From Chromera velia (Eukaryota), in NCBI GenBank assembly GCA_018398765.1, contig JAHBMJ010000175.1:1-54964 (forward strand): DNA of 54,964 nucleotides. Reading direction: 5' to 3'. A program made the position numbers and the translations under genes. Shown piece by piece: positions 14,483-25,892 of this stretch. Below the pieces are notes generated by a model. The model was given only the letters and a program-made list of their open reading frames with translations, made no database searches and was not told where the DNA came from. Positions within the stretch are counted from its first letter, which is position 1, and each line of letters begins with the position of its first letter.

Positions 14483-15333
14483 ATATTGGATGCCGGTCTG
14501 TCTGCCTTTCACGCAGGCACTCCCACCCACATGGCTCCCGAGATCTGGCACGACAAGGCGTACACGGGCAAGGTGGACATCTGGGCCCTGGGGGTGACCT
14601 TCTTCGAGATGTGCTCGAGCAACGGGAGGACCCTTCCTTTTGACGGAGTGTCCATGCATGGACTCATCAGGCGGATCGTCTCCGGCATCGTCAGTCAGTT
14701 AGTCAGACAGGGGGGGGAAGGGAGTCAGACTTTCGAGAACATGTGTCTGAAAAGGACTGTGAGGCCCTCTAGGCGGTTTTCTTCTTTCAGAAGATGTTTT
14801 CCTTCCTGTGGGCCTGCCGATTTGCACTGTCTGTCTGACGATTCATTGAGTGATATGCCGTGCAGCTGTAATGAGTGAACTGGTGAGTGAGAGTGAACAA
14901 TTAGGATGTCGGGATGGTATGAGTGAGATTATGAGTGAGATACCACCGATTCGCCTTTTTTTGTCGTCCACCTAGCGAACCAAATTTCTCTGCGCGCCTT
15001 TAAATTATTCTTTCTTTCTCCATTCCTCCCTTCCTTCCCTTCTTCATTTTTCTTCCTCCTTTCCCCCGTCCAGCTATCCATGTTTCTTCTCTCTGCAACA
15101 CAAAAAGAAAACTGCATCTTTTCTTCCCTTCACTTGTGCAGACAACCTCCGACAGCCTGCGGAGATGCTCGTCATGGCCCATAGATGCCAAGTGAGTGGG
15201 GGGTCTCTCTTTTCGTCTCTATTCTCGTCTTTTTGGCGGTTCTCCTTCTCCTTCTGGCTGTGCGCGTCTGTCTCATCGATCGGTCGCCCAAATGAGACCT
15301 AAACTCTGACTGGACCTCTGTATTTCTGCTTCG

Positions 15334-15372
<39 letters not shown>

Positions 15373-16604
15373 TCTATGGGGTGCTGACTTCAACACCTTC
15401 TGTATGGATGCAGAAAGGTGATCGGTTCAATGTTGACGACCTCCCCGAGAGCCCGTCCCTCTGCCGACTCCCTCTTGAGCACCTGCGGCTTCACCAAGGA
15501 GGATGTTGCCTGCAGGGACCTCGGGAGATTCTGCCCGGGAGAAGCGCCCAACTTCGGCAGTCAGGCAACAATGCAGAAGCTGCCAGGCAACATCGCACTT
15601 CCCCCTTCCCCCAAAGCGCCCGCGAGAAAAGTTGAGGCTCCAAGACGCGTACCCCCCAAGCACCCCTCCAAGCCAACACACGCTAAGCGGACAGACAAGG
15701 AAACCACCGCGCAGAAGAGGAGGCGGTTGATTGACACCCCTGGGGCCCTTCTTAATATGGACTATAAAGCGTGCAAGAGAGAGATCGACGCTCTCAAAAA
15801 GATGAACGGAGGGTCAGTCAAGAAGGGAAATACAAATGTAGATAGTGAGTGCTTGTGTTTGAGAGAAAATTTGATCGATCAATTGGATGATTGATGGATT
15901 GATGCTCTCCCCGGCCTTCTAGCACATCAAAATCGACGTATCAACATTTTGCTTGATCAAATTGAATTTCGTCTTGGGTGCATGTCGACCGTTGCATTCT
16001 GTTCTTTCCTTCCCTCTCTTGTCGTGCTTTCCGCTTTGAGTTGTCGTCTCTTTTCTTTCAGTGTACCTGATCTGCCCCCTCGTGGCTGAATGTTTGTGCA
16101 TGCAGAGTTGTGCCGCGAGGGTTTGAGAAGCTTGAGGGTCGTCTCATCCGAATGAGAAACGCAGAGAAAGCCTCCGGGAGGCCTGGGTGGAGAAGTTGTT
16201 TTCAGTTGGAAGAGAAGGAGCTTGAGCGGTCGGGCCCCGAGGGAGACAAGGGGAGCACCCTGAAACCCTCCGACATTGAAAAGTACACAGGCATTCAGGA
16301 GGACGAGGGTGACTCCTTCTTCGGAGGCAGCGACACAGATTGGGATGATGCGTCGCCTTTGCACGCCCAGACGGACCCAGACGACGAGGCGGCGTTTGAG
16401 GGTCTGTTCTCTCCAGAGGAGATGGAGAGGATCAGCAAAGAAGACGACATCGCGCCTGTGCACGCAGGCCCGGAGTCAGGGGGACACACCATGTCACAAA
16501 CTTGCTCTGAGGGGAATATCAAGGGGGTGTTGACGGAAGAGTTTATGAAAGAACTGAAGGCAATGCTCACTGAACAAGACGAGGAAGAAGAAGATGACGA
16601 GTAG
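12036..16604 (+). CDS. Ser/Thr protein kinase B, paralog of kinase A, with predicted signal peptide; ~8 exons
   Basis: The leader is MKIVGLPIVLGVLLLLSLCPTPSNA. Kinase motifs are RKLGEGAFG, VYLV, YAMKVQ...[49 protein letters not shown] and SPRARPSADSLL. The last exon is VVPRGFEKLEG...EEEDDE*. GT-AG boundaries keep frame. Confidence 0.9.
12608..12908. repeat. Minisatellite, 5 near-identical copies of a 58/63-bp unit in kinase B intron 1
   Basis: Unit TTGTTTTGTTGCATTG(AATTG)ACATGTGATGCCTCTGTTGCTGCATGTACTTCTTTCAAGAAA, arranged head-to-tail without spacers. Confidence 0.95.
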
Positions 16605-17696
16605 AAATAAAGTCAAGCTCGACCGGGGAGGTTACTTTTCTTTCTTTCGTTTCCATATGTGTTGGTTTGGGTGGAAAGGAATGAACGGGCAGAGAAAATG
16701 AAGGAGAAGCGCAGGAGAACACTACCCCTCTAGGTCTCCGTCAAAGGGTTCATAGGGGACTGGCAGGTAGGTGTTGAAAAGGAATTCCATTTACGAAAGG
16801 CTTCATGAATTCATAGCAGTTGCACTTTAGCATTCCAACCTAGATTCCAACTCCTCGCTCAAGACCGATCAAGACGCTCAAACTGCAGTCGAGAAGACTT
16901 TTGAATCAAGATGCTGCACTGGATCAGACCATTTGATGAATCTTCTTGCTGGCGTAATGATTACACCATTGCAAGACCGTTACTGTCACAGTTGAGCAAA
17001 ACAGCGTAACTCATAGATGTTTATTCACCTGATAACTTGAACCCATTTAAAACCCATTTAGTGATATATTCCGGAATAGAAGGCATTGCACAGTGCTTGA
17101 ACTTAGCATTAAAATTTTTAGATTAACCATCGTGTCTAATGTTCTACTATGAAAACTGTTTGAACCCATCCTGGGCCCTGAGGTTTGAACATGCAGACAT
17201 TATATGACGTCAACACTAGCGTCGACATCGGTTGACCAGAACCTCAAAGGTACCCAAAGGTCGGCTTACTGCCAGTGGCTTTAAGCACTTTAATCCACTT
17301 CGAAGCTTTTCTTAAAAAAATGATCACAGTAGAAAAAATATAGAAATGGTAGTTAAACAGTTTTAAACTTTATGTAATTTTATACTCTAGTTTATACTAC
17401 AAGTATTAAGAGAAAAATTCATTTAAAAAAAATGAATTAGACACATAAAGTTGAGTAGTTCAACTAGTAACTTCAATCAATGCTGAATATGCATTTCATT
17501 TTTTACTGTATATGTCATTGACAAATAATATTACAGATCAATAGCTTAATTCATTAATTTAAATTAGTATGGACCAAAATTTTAATGAATTACCATATTT
17601 TTCACTAAATCCAAAATCTTTAAATATATGTAGCTATATTGTTAGCCATATTGCAATGTATTTGTAGCACACAGGACGCCGCACGTGCGGGCTTGA

Positions 17697-18162
17697 TGAT
17701 GAGGTATCAAGGGTCAGAGAGAAGAGGCGTGGCGCGCGCAGCATCATACCAGTCTAAACCGATCCGCGCACGCCGTCGAGCGTCGTCGAGCGAATTGTAC
17801 GCATCAGCAACACATGCATGAAGCGTTGCATGCGGGAAATTGCAATATACATGTGAACATGCATACAGAGAATGCAGCACTGAAAGAGACTGAATGCGAG
17901 TGGACAGAAAAGCAAAGAGCATGTCATGTACGGGATATACAGACAAATGTATTACATAAAATACGACAGATACAGACACAACGGACGTGCACATGAGCGA
18001 TCGATCGACCGATCGACCAAGAATTACAAATACAGATAGAGAGAGTATATCGAGGTCCGGACTAGGGAGATCTGTGAACTCGAGACCATTCCCAGAAGAC
18101 CAGACTTACAAGTATATGTACAAGCGTGGATCTCTGAGCTTAGATGAGCTAGGGATTCATCA
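17697..18162 (+). repeat. 5' LTR of copia element
   Basis: Aligns without gaps to 25427-25892; 27 substitutions counted by hand. Confidence 0.95.
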
Positions 18163-18304
18163 AATAGTGACAAAGAAGTGGGGTCTTTGTTCTATTTGTT
18201 GTCTTCTTTTTTGAAAACGAACTACATCTGCGTTCAGGTGTGTGGTGTGTATGCAAGCTTGAACGTTTCCATCCTTTGATTTCTCAGACTATCTAAACTC
18301 AACA

Positions 18305-21300
18305 ATGGTTCTCTTCTCTCCTCAGCAGGTAGACGTTAATGCAAACTTTCGGGATCAGGTCGCGGCAATGTTCCCCGGCCTTAAAATCTACCTTACCGAG
18401 AAGATGGAACTGCAGGCTATCGATCCCGAGTCCCAGATTAATGATCTAACTGACCAACAGGTTGCGAACCTCTCCTTTAAGCACCCTGACCGGATGGTAA
18501 AGAGCTCCATCTTCAAGTCCCTCTACGAGGACAAGAAGAAAACCCTTGAGCACGTCTATAATAAGACACTTCAAGGCAAAAAGGTGGATGGAAAGGATCC
18601 ATTGACCTTGAAGTCGCTGATGCTGTTCCTGAAGATGGCGGTGGACATCCTGAGTCTGGACACTAACCTTCTGAACAAGAGCAGCAGCGGCTGCCGACTT
18701 TTCTGGAAGTTGATTTACAACTACATCTTGACCACCATCGCCCAGAATATACTCTCTGCCATGGACGTGGCCTTTGATGGAATCAAAAGCAGTAAGAAAT
18801 TTAAGCAGGACCCCTTCTGTCTCCTTGCCTACTTAGAGACTCATGGTACGAAGGACCCGTGGAAGATCTTCAGATCCAAGAAGAGCGCCTTGTATACCTA
18901 CATCAACCGCATGAGGCCTCGTGATATGCCTTTTGCCAACTGGATCCGGGACGCGGAGAAGTTGATGATTGAATTGGATCAGGTGCCTTTGCCTGAAAGA
19001 AAGCCTGACGGCACCTTTGAGACCGATGCGTCCTGCCCATCAGGGGAGAGGGGCAAAGTTGTCTACTATGATATCACCGCCAGCCCACCCATCATCACCG
19101 AGATTTACATGACTCTAAAGGACAACTGCGGGTCAGAGATGCTTGCAGTCGAGTTGGACAGAGACATTGCAGACAGGACACTGTCCTGGCAGGCTCTTCG
19201 TACGATATTCGCGAGTACTTCACATCCACATTCCCGGATCAGGGGAGAAGGGGGAACAAAGAAGGGTATGTTATGGTTTCTTAAGAAGAGTGGAAACGAA
19301 TGTATCAGCAGCAGCAGAGGCAACAGCCTCAGTATCCCCAGCATCAACAGATGCAGCAGCTGCAGCAGAGTTGGAATAGGAGACGGGGAGGAAGAGGGCA
19401 TGGAGGATACAGAGGTGGCAGAGGAGGGTACGGACGGGGTGGAAGAGGGGTCCCCGGACAGGAGCTTCGGCGGTAATGCCGGCCAGCACTCCTCTCTGTC
19501 TCTTCCGACCGTGGAGGAGGAAACGCAGGGAATCGCCATCAGGGGAGTCGCCAACCCGAGCAGCAGAGCAAGAACTTCTGGACCGAAAACAACGGTGAGC
19601 AAGCCAGCCTCTCTGTCTTTCCTCTTATGGTTTTCAACCTCTTTTTCTTCGCGTGCTCCTTTCTTCCAATTTTGTCTGCTCTGGTCACGTGCGTAGCCCT
19701 TTATACTTTGACGGACACAGGCAGTTGCACGTAGATCAGCATTGACACAGAAATAGAAGAACCATCCGCAGAGAAAGTCATGTGGCTGTTTAAATTTGAT
19801 CAGAAGGGTGATACAGAAAAGCATGAAAAGTTTAAGAAATATCGGAAGGATTTTCGCATCCCTGTCTCGAAGAGAAAGGTGAGTAGACTGTCAGAAGAGA
19901 AAAAAGTTTGGCCCTGTTTTTCTTCCCTAAGCAGTTTTGCCGTTCTTTTTACAGAGACCGAGGAAGACAGTGAGGAAGTGAGTGAAAGATACAAAGGTAG
20001 AGAGAGTCAGACAGAAGAAACAGATGAGAAAAGGAGAGATACACATACAGACAAGCAAAGGAAGGTGGTGGGAAGAGAAGAGAATGACAAGGAGGCTTCA
20101 CCAAGCAACGCAGAGAAAGAGGAAAGGAAAAAGACGACAAGAAGGGGGAAGAGACAGCGAAAGAAGAACGAAGAGGAAGAAGAGACCCAAAAGACACCAA
20201 CAGGGGAGAAGAGAGGGGAAGACTTCTCGGCAGAGGACTACGCTTTCTGGAGAGTCACCAGTGAGAGCGTACAGACAGCTCTGCAGATGGCGGAGGAGAA
20301 AGGGACGGTTCCTCTGGGTGAGTCCGAGCTGGTTGGAGTGGTCAAAGATTCGGGAAGCACTGGAGTGATCACAACGTCGATGGGTTGGTTGAGACTCGCC
20401 ATGGCATTGTTCTCTTTGTCTACGCTAGGTGGTTGTGGAAGCATGACAAAGACAGAGGGCGGAGAATCGGGACAGCAAACGGAACGGTTGGAATTGTTGG
20501 GGTTTGGGGGGGAGGCCTTCACCTCACCGATCGTATCTTGTTGTCTTCACAAATGGTAGTTCTAGATACGGACGCCATCGTTCCTCCCCTGGTCGGGATG
20601 AAATTTCTGAAGGCATGGGGGGTAAAAATGGATTACAAGACCCTACAGATGAGACTGTGCCTTCCAGATGGGCGCAAATGCACCATCAAATGGCAAGAGA
20701 AGGGCAGTGGACTCTTGATCCTTCCGGTCAGACCGGGGAGAGCGTCCTTTGCTGTCTTTGGCAAGCTTGGGGGGAGCAGCCTAGACATCCAAAGTTTAAC
20801 TGACACAGCAACAGGGGAAGAGGTCGTCGTTCCACGTGAAGTGATTTTTGGAGAATGGAAGGAGCGGCGTCGGGAGACCGGTGCGTATGGGAAGAAATTT
20901 TGGGCAGGTTGCGTTCAGAAGGAAACACAGGCATGTCAGTCTGTAGAGAGTCTGGGAGAAGGAATTAAGATGGATGAGGCGTTTGTGGGGTCTTAAAGAA
21001 GGAGGACTAAGAGAGTGACTTTTTGGGAGACAGTCTCTGGTCGGTTTCTAGATAAAGAGACCGGGAGGCTGAAAGGGCAGCCCTTCGAAACAGAGTTGAA
21101 GGAGCATGCCACCAGGATAAAGGAATGGAAAAAGAGGTGCGCAAAACATCCTTCCGCTCTTGACATCTCGACGAGTGGCCACAGTCTAGATGAAGGAGGT
21201 GTTAGGAGATCGCCGCGTCTGGCAGAGAAGGAACGAGCGTCGCAGGAGCCTCCACCCAGGCCCTGTAGTCACAGTAGCAGCAGCAGTAGCCGCCAGGTCG

Positions 21301-24300
21301 ACCATTGTGACCCTTGTTTTGCCGATGATCCCTCTTTGACACCTGTAGACAGGATTGAAGACAAAAGAGGAGGAGAGAGTTTAACGGAGCCTAGGGAATC
21401 ACTTCAGCAAGTTCAGAAAGACAGCCTTCAGTCAAATTCAAATGAGGTAGAAAAGGCAGAAAGGCAGTCAGAGAATGAACAAACGGAAGGAAAGAAATGA
21501 GAAAGATGGAAAGAAAAGAAAAAAAAAAGGAGGAAAAAGAAGGAAAAGAAAGCGAAGGCTTCGGCTGCCGGGTCCAAGGTGGAGAACGGCAGGGTCTGCA
21601 GGGACTACGGATGTAATCCAGGAGAGGGAGGGGGAATGAGATCCGGGATAGACAGCAGGGATGACGCACCTGTATCTGAGATAGGAGGGCCCAGGTGCTC
21701 ACGCAAAAGAGAAAGGATGCGGGTAGAAGGAAAGGAGTTGGAAGAGCTTGTCCAGAGAGCACACAGGGAGATGGGGCATCTAGGAGGCGCAGCTCTCAGT
21801 CGATCGCTTTCAAAGTACATCAAGGGAAGTCGGTTGAGGGAGGTATGTAGAAAGACAATAGAGGGTTACAAGGAATGTGCTGAGGTAAAAGGAGCTCCAC
21901 ACAGGTGGAGAGGATGGACAGCAAGATTGAGGAGAGGGAGACCACTCAAAAGGATTGCAGTTGACCTTCACTTCATTGAAGGGACCCCGATAGTTACCAT
22001 CATCAATGAATGCACTCGGTGGTTTGTGGCGGTGCCAGTAGAGGGAGAAGACGCAGCAACAGTATGGAAGGCAGTACGGGATCACTGGATTACGCCTTTT
22101 GGCTACCCAGTTGGTTTAAGGTCGTGCTTTAGGACAGATAACGGAAGTCACTTCAAGGGGGTGTTTGATCTGCAGTGCAGAATAAGGGGCATTAGTCATG
22201 AGTGGACACCGGTGGGTCATCCGCAGTCGATGGGGATCCTCGAGAACCGCCATTACATTCTGGACACACAGATCACACTTCTCCATCTTGAGAAAGACAT
22301 CCCAGAAGAAAATTGGCAAGAGATACTTCCCATGGCAGTGGCTCTTGTCAATCGCATGCCAGCAGCCAGAGAACCGTATTTGTCTGCGTATGAAAGGATC
22401 ATGGGGGTTTGTCCAGTCCCAGCTAGCATTGAAGAGAAGAGAAGGAGTCATGAGGAGTTCAAGGGAAGGAGGTTTGAGAAGTCACAGATGGTTTTCTTCT
22501 GACACCTTCTCCATCACTACGGGAAGGTGGAGGAAGAATGGAAGCCAGGTGAGGTTATAAAGGTCATTTCCCCGACTCTGTTTCAAATCAGACCCATCAG
22601 AGAGAGAGACAGGGGATATGAGTCCTATGAGGTGGATCTTTTTATGATAGCCATTCAACCGATGCCTAAAGAATTGCAGCAGGAGCTGAGAAAACCTGGA
22701 GGGGTGTTGAAGAATGAACCTTCGGCAGCAGAGAAAGAAAAAGAGAAAAGAAAGAGATCAGACGGAAAGAAGGATGAAAAGACGAAGCAGTTGTTCTTAG
22801 AGGAAGTGAAGGAAGAGAAGAGAGGGCGAGTGACTGTGCAGCATTACGGGTCGTATGGGAAAGGAGCGTTGAGAGATCGGCTTTATCGTCCTGCAGTAAG
22901 GAAAAAAAGAGAGAGAGCGGTAATATTTATAAATAATACGAAGAAGTACGGGGCAGTGGAGCCAGATCTATTTAAGGTGGAGAGAGAAGACATCGTGATT
23001 GAAGGTGCGGAGGTTGAGAAGAATGGGAGGCCGCTAGGTGAGAGCACGATCAGTACTCTTCTCAGAGAGTATATCGAAGAGAAGGAGTTTGCTTTGTCTA
23101 CAGAGTCTGAAGACAGGATATCAGGTTCCGGCATCACTTTGTTTCTTGATTCTCTTATCAGCACGTCTTCTTTCTTCTGTTCAGACTAAGAGGTGGGAAG
23201 AGTCCTACTGACAGAGACTACGCATCAGAAAGTGAAGTACGGGAGCTTGACACCAGAGATGAGAAAGAAGTGCGATGAAGCGAGGAGAGTAGAACTAGCC
23301 AAGCTGATGAAGTACAACACCTACGACATGGTCAGGAAGGAGAACGTCCCCGCAGGAGCAACCGTCCTAGACATGCTGGTGGTGGATACTTTGAAGATGA
23401 AAGCAGGAGGAGAGAGAGAGTTTAAGGCAAGAGCAGTAACAAGAGGAGACCAGGATCCGAGACAAGGTATGGAGACCGCCACGTGTGGTTGCCCACCTGA
23501 TTCTGTTTATTTTGTTTTGCTTGCAGCATTAGCATCCCCAAACTACAGAAAGAACTCAATCGCCTCCGTAGACTGTCAAAACGCTTATTTCTAGGCGAAG
23601 CTGAAGTTCCGAGTCCCAGTCTACATCAGACCGTCTCCCAGTCATCCCGATAGAAAAGCAGGTTTGCTCTGGAGATTGAAGAAGGCCCTGTATGGTTTGA
23701 AAGATGCAGGGAGAGCATTTGAAGACCATCTGTGGGAGGTTTTGAGGAAACTAGGTTGGGAGCTCAGTCCGTTGAGCGGAGTGTTTTGGAAAAAGAAGGG
23801 AGGAAAGGTTGTTAGGTTGCTGAGTCAGTACGTTGATGATTTGATTGTCGTTTCGTTGGAAGGGGACATACAGGAGATGGTGAGAGAAATTGCAGAAAAG
23901 GTCCATTGCAAGGAGCCAGAGGTGTTGGGTCACTATGTTGGAAGTGATTATAAGGTCTTTTCAGACGGAAGAATCTGGTGCTCTCAGAAAGCGTACATTG
24001 AGAGTATTCAAGGAGAACAGAGTAAGCAGGGATCTCAGCCTCTTCCAACAGGGGTGACGAGAGAAGATGATAGGTCGGAGGTGCTAGATGCAGAGAGACA
24101 CAGACGGTATAGACAGTTGTTGGGGGAGTTGTCCTATGCAGCGCATAGCACCTGGTCCAGACCGGATCTCGAGTTTGCATCCGCATGGCTGAGTCAATTT
24201 AACCAAAAGCCAACCGTCAGAGCATGGAGACTTCTGAACAGAGCCATCAAATACGGACAGGCGACTTCGGATCGAGGGATCATGCTGGACCCTTCCAAGT

Positions 24301-25085
24301 TGCATGAGAGAATGGAAGTGGTTCTGTATTATGATGCAGCAGGGGGAAGCGAATTGAATCCATATCCACAGACAGGCTGGGTATTTACCGTGAATGGAAG
24401 ACCGATCGCTTGGAAGAGTCGAAAACAGAAGAGATGTGTGAGGAGCATCAATCGGGCAGAACTCTGTGCACTGGAGGATGCGCTTAACTATGCATTGGTG
24501 ACGATGAGATTCATTCGGGAGATCTGGAAGGACTCGCATTACATAATTCGAACGGATTCAGATGGGGTGTGCAAGATGCTCAAATCCAGAAACCCGAAGC
24601 CTTAGGAAAAGGACTTGATTGAACAAATAAGAGAGATGGGAGGGAAAGTGTGTGTAGTTCCAGCAATAGCTGCAATGGACGGAATAGAAGAAGGGAAGAT
24701 CAGAGTACAGCATATGTATGGCCATCAAAACTACGCAGACAGTTTCACAAAGCCAATGGATGTGGATCTGATTGCATTACTTCTTGAGAAAGACAGACAG
24801 ACACAGATAGTCTACACACCCACAGGTCTGTCAAGAGAAGAAAAAGAAAAGGAAGAAGAAGATGATGATGAATGGCCATGTGTGTAGGTGGATTCGAAGA
24901 TGCCTGAGATTCAAGGCAGGAGCGCAAGGAGAGAAGGACTGAAGGACAGACAACGGGTTAACTATAAAGCGATTACAAAAGGGATCAAAGTCAAGGAAGA
25001 GGGAGAAAGCTTGATGACTTATCAATTTGGTGAAAAGGGAAGGAAAGCATGGAGAAAAGGGGTATGGGTGAAAAAGGGAAGATAA
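18305..25085 (+). pseudogene. Disrupted gag-pol polyprotein (Gag, aspartic protease, integrase, reverse transcriptase, RNase H)
   Basis: Protease: VVKDSGST...LVGMKFL. Integrase: HREMGHLG...YKEC, IAVDLH, RTDNGSHF, PQSMGILENRH. RT: FKARAVTRGDQD, SVDCQNAYF*A, LKKALYGLKDAGR, YVDDLIV. RNase H: YYDAAG, AELCAL, RTDSD, NYADSFTKP. There are multiple in-frame stops and frameshifts near ~19.24 kb and ~20.5 kb. Confidence 0.93.
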
Positions 25086-25404
25086 AAGAGAAAGCATTTT
25101 GTAGAGATGAGAGAAGCAGAACTGATAACAGGAGATCAAAGGGAGAGAAGCTACCTAAGAATGGAGCAAAGGCAACACGCTTGGTCTGTTGAGGGGGCAG
25201 ATCATTCCACGTCCATGTGTTTGCCTGCATCAACGCTCCAGACGTTCGAAGGAAGCAACTCAAACGGAGATCAAATGTAGTCAAAAAAGCACCTCAAATC
25301 AAAGCAAGATAGCAAAAGAGAACGGAAGAGACAAGAAGGTACATGTGCGTGAATGATCGTGAATGGGAATGATGAATGAATGTGTAAGAGTGGGTTCGCT
25401 CCAC

Positions 25405-25420
25405 GAAAAAAGAAAAAGGA
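25405..25420 (+). other. Polypurine tract
   Basis: GAAAAAAGAAAAAGGA ends 6 nt upstream of the 3' LTR. Confidence 0.7.
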
Positions 25421-25426
25421 TGCGAT

Positions 25427-25892
25427 TGATGAGGTATCGAGGGTCAAAGAGAAGAGGCGCGGCGCGCACAGCATCATACCAGTCTAAATCGATCCGCGCA
25501 CGCCATCGAGCGCCGTCGAGTGAATTGTACGCGTCAGCAACACATGCATGAAGCGTTGCATGCGGGAAATTGTAATATACATGTGAACATGCATACAGAG
25601 AATGCAGCACTGAAAGAGACTGAATGTGAGTGGACAGAAAAGCAAAGAGCATGTCATATATGGGACATACAGACAAATGTATTACATGAAATACGACAGA
25701 TACAGATACAGCGGACGTGCACGTGAGCGATCGATCGACCGATTGACCGAGAATTACAAATACAGATAGAGAGAGTGTATCGAGGTCCGGACTAGAGAGA
25801 TCTGTGAACTTGAGACCATTCCCGGAAGACCAGACTTACGAGTATATGTACAAGCATGGATCTCTGAGCTTAGGTGAGCTAGGGATTCATCA
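25427..25892 (+). repeat. 3' LTR of copia element
   Basis: TGATGAGG...ATTCATCA, followed by the TSD CTTGA. Confidence 0.95.

Larger units (their letters stand above)
17697..25892 (+). mobile_element. Full-length, inactivated Ty1/copia-order LTR retrotransposon (8.2 kb)
   Basis: Two 466-bp LTRs with TGATGA...TCATCA termini, a 5-bp TSD CTTGA (17692-17696, 25893-25897), and domain order gag-PR-IN-RT-RNaseH. Confidence 0.96.

Noticed and set aside
18163..18184. Primer-binding site (AATAGTGACAAAGAAGTGGG, tRNA-Leu-like if TAG was TGG)
   Set aside because: The position is right, but it needs a mutation and the spacing does not fit a 7-bp acceptor stem. It cannot be assigned without the host tRNA set.
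19250..19696. C-terminal part of track ORF 18305-19696 as true Gag sequence, and antisense ORF 19105-19824
   Set aside because: Another frame gives coherent Gln/RGG sequence continuous with the downstream pol ORF, so these are probably off-frame or shadow ORFs.
20385..25085. Stop-codon reassignment as the explanation for in-frame stops in pol
   Set aside because: All three stop types occur, host genes in the window end normally at TGA/TAA/TAG, and catalytic-region missense changes also fit transition decay.
24888..25400. env-like gene after pol
   Set aside because: Only a short basic in-frame tail is present, with no signal peptide or TM-bearing ORF.
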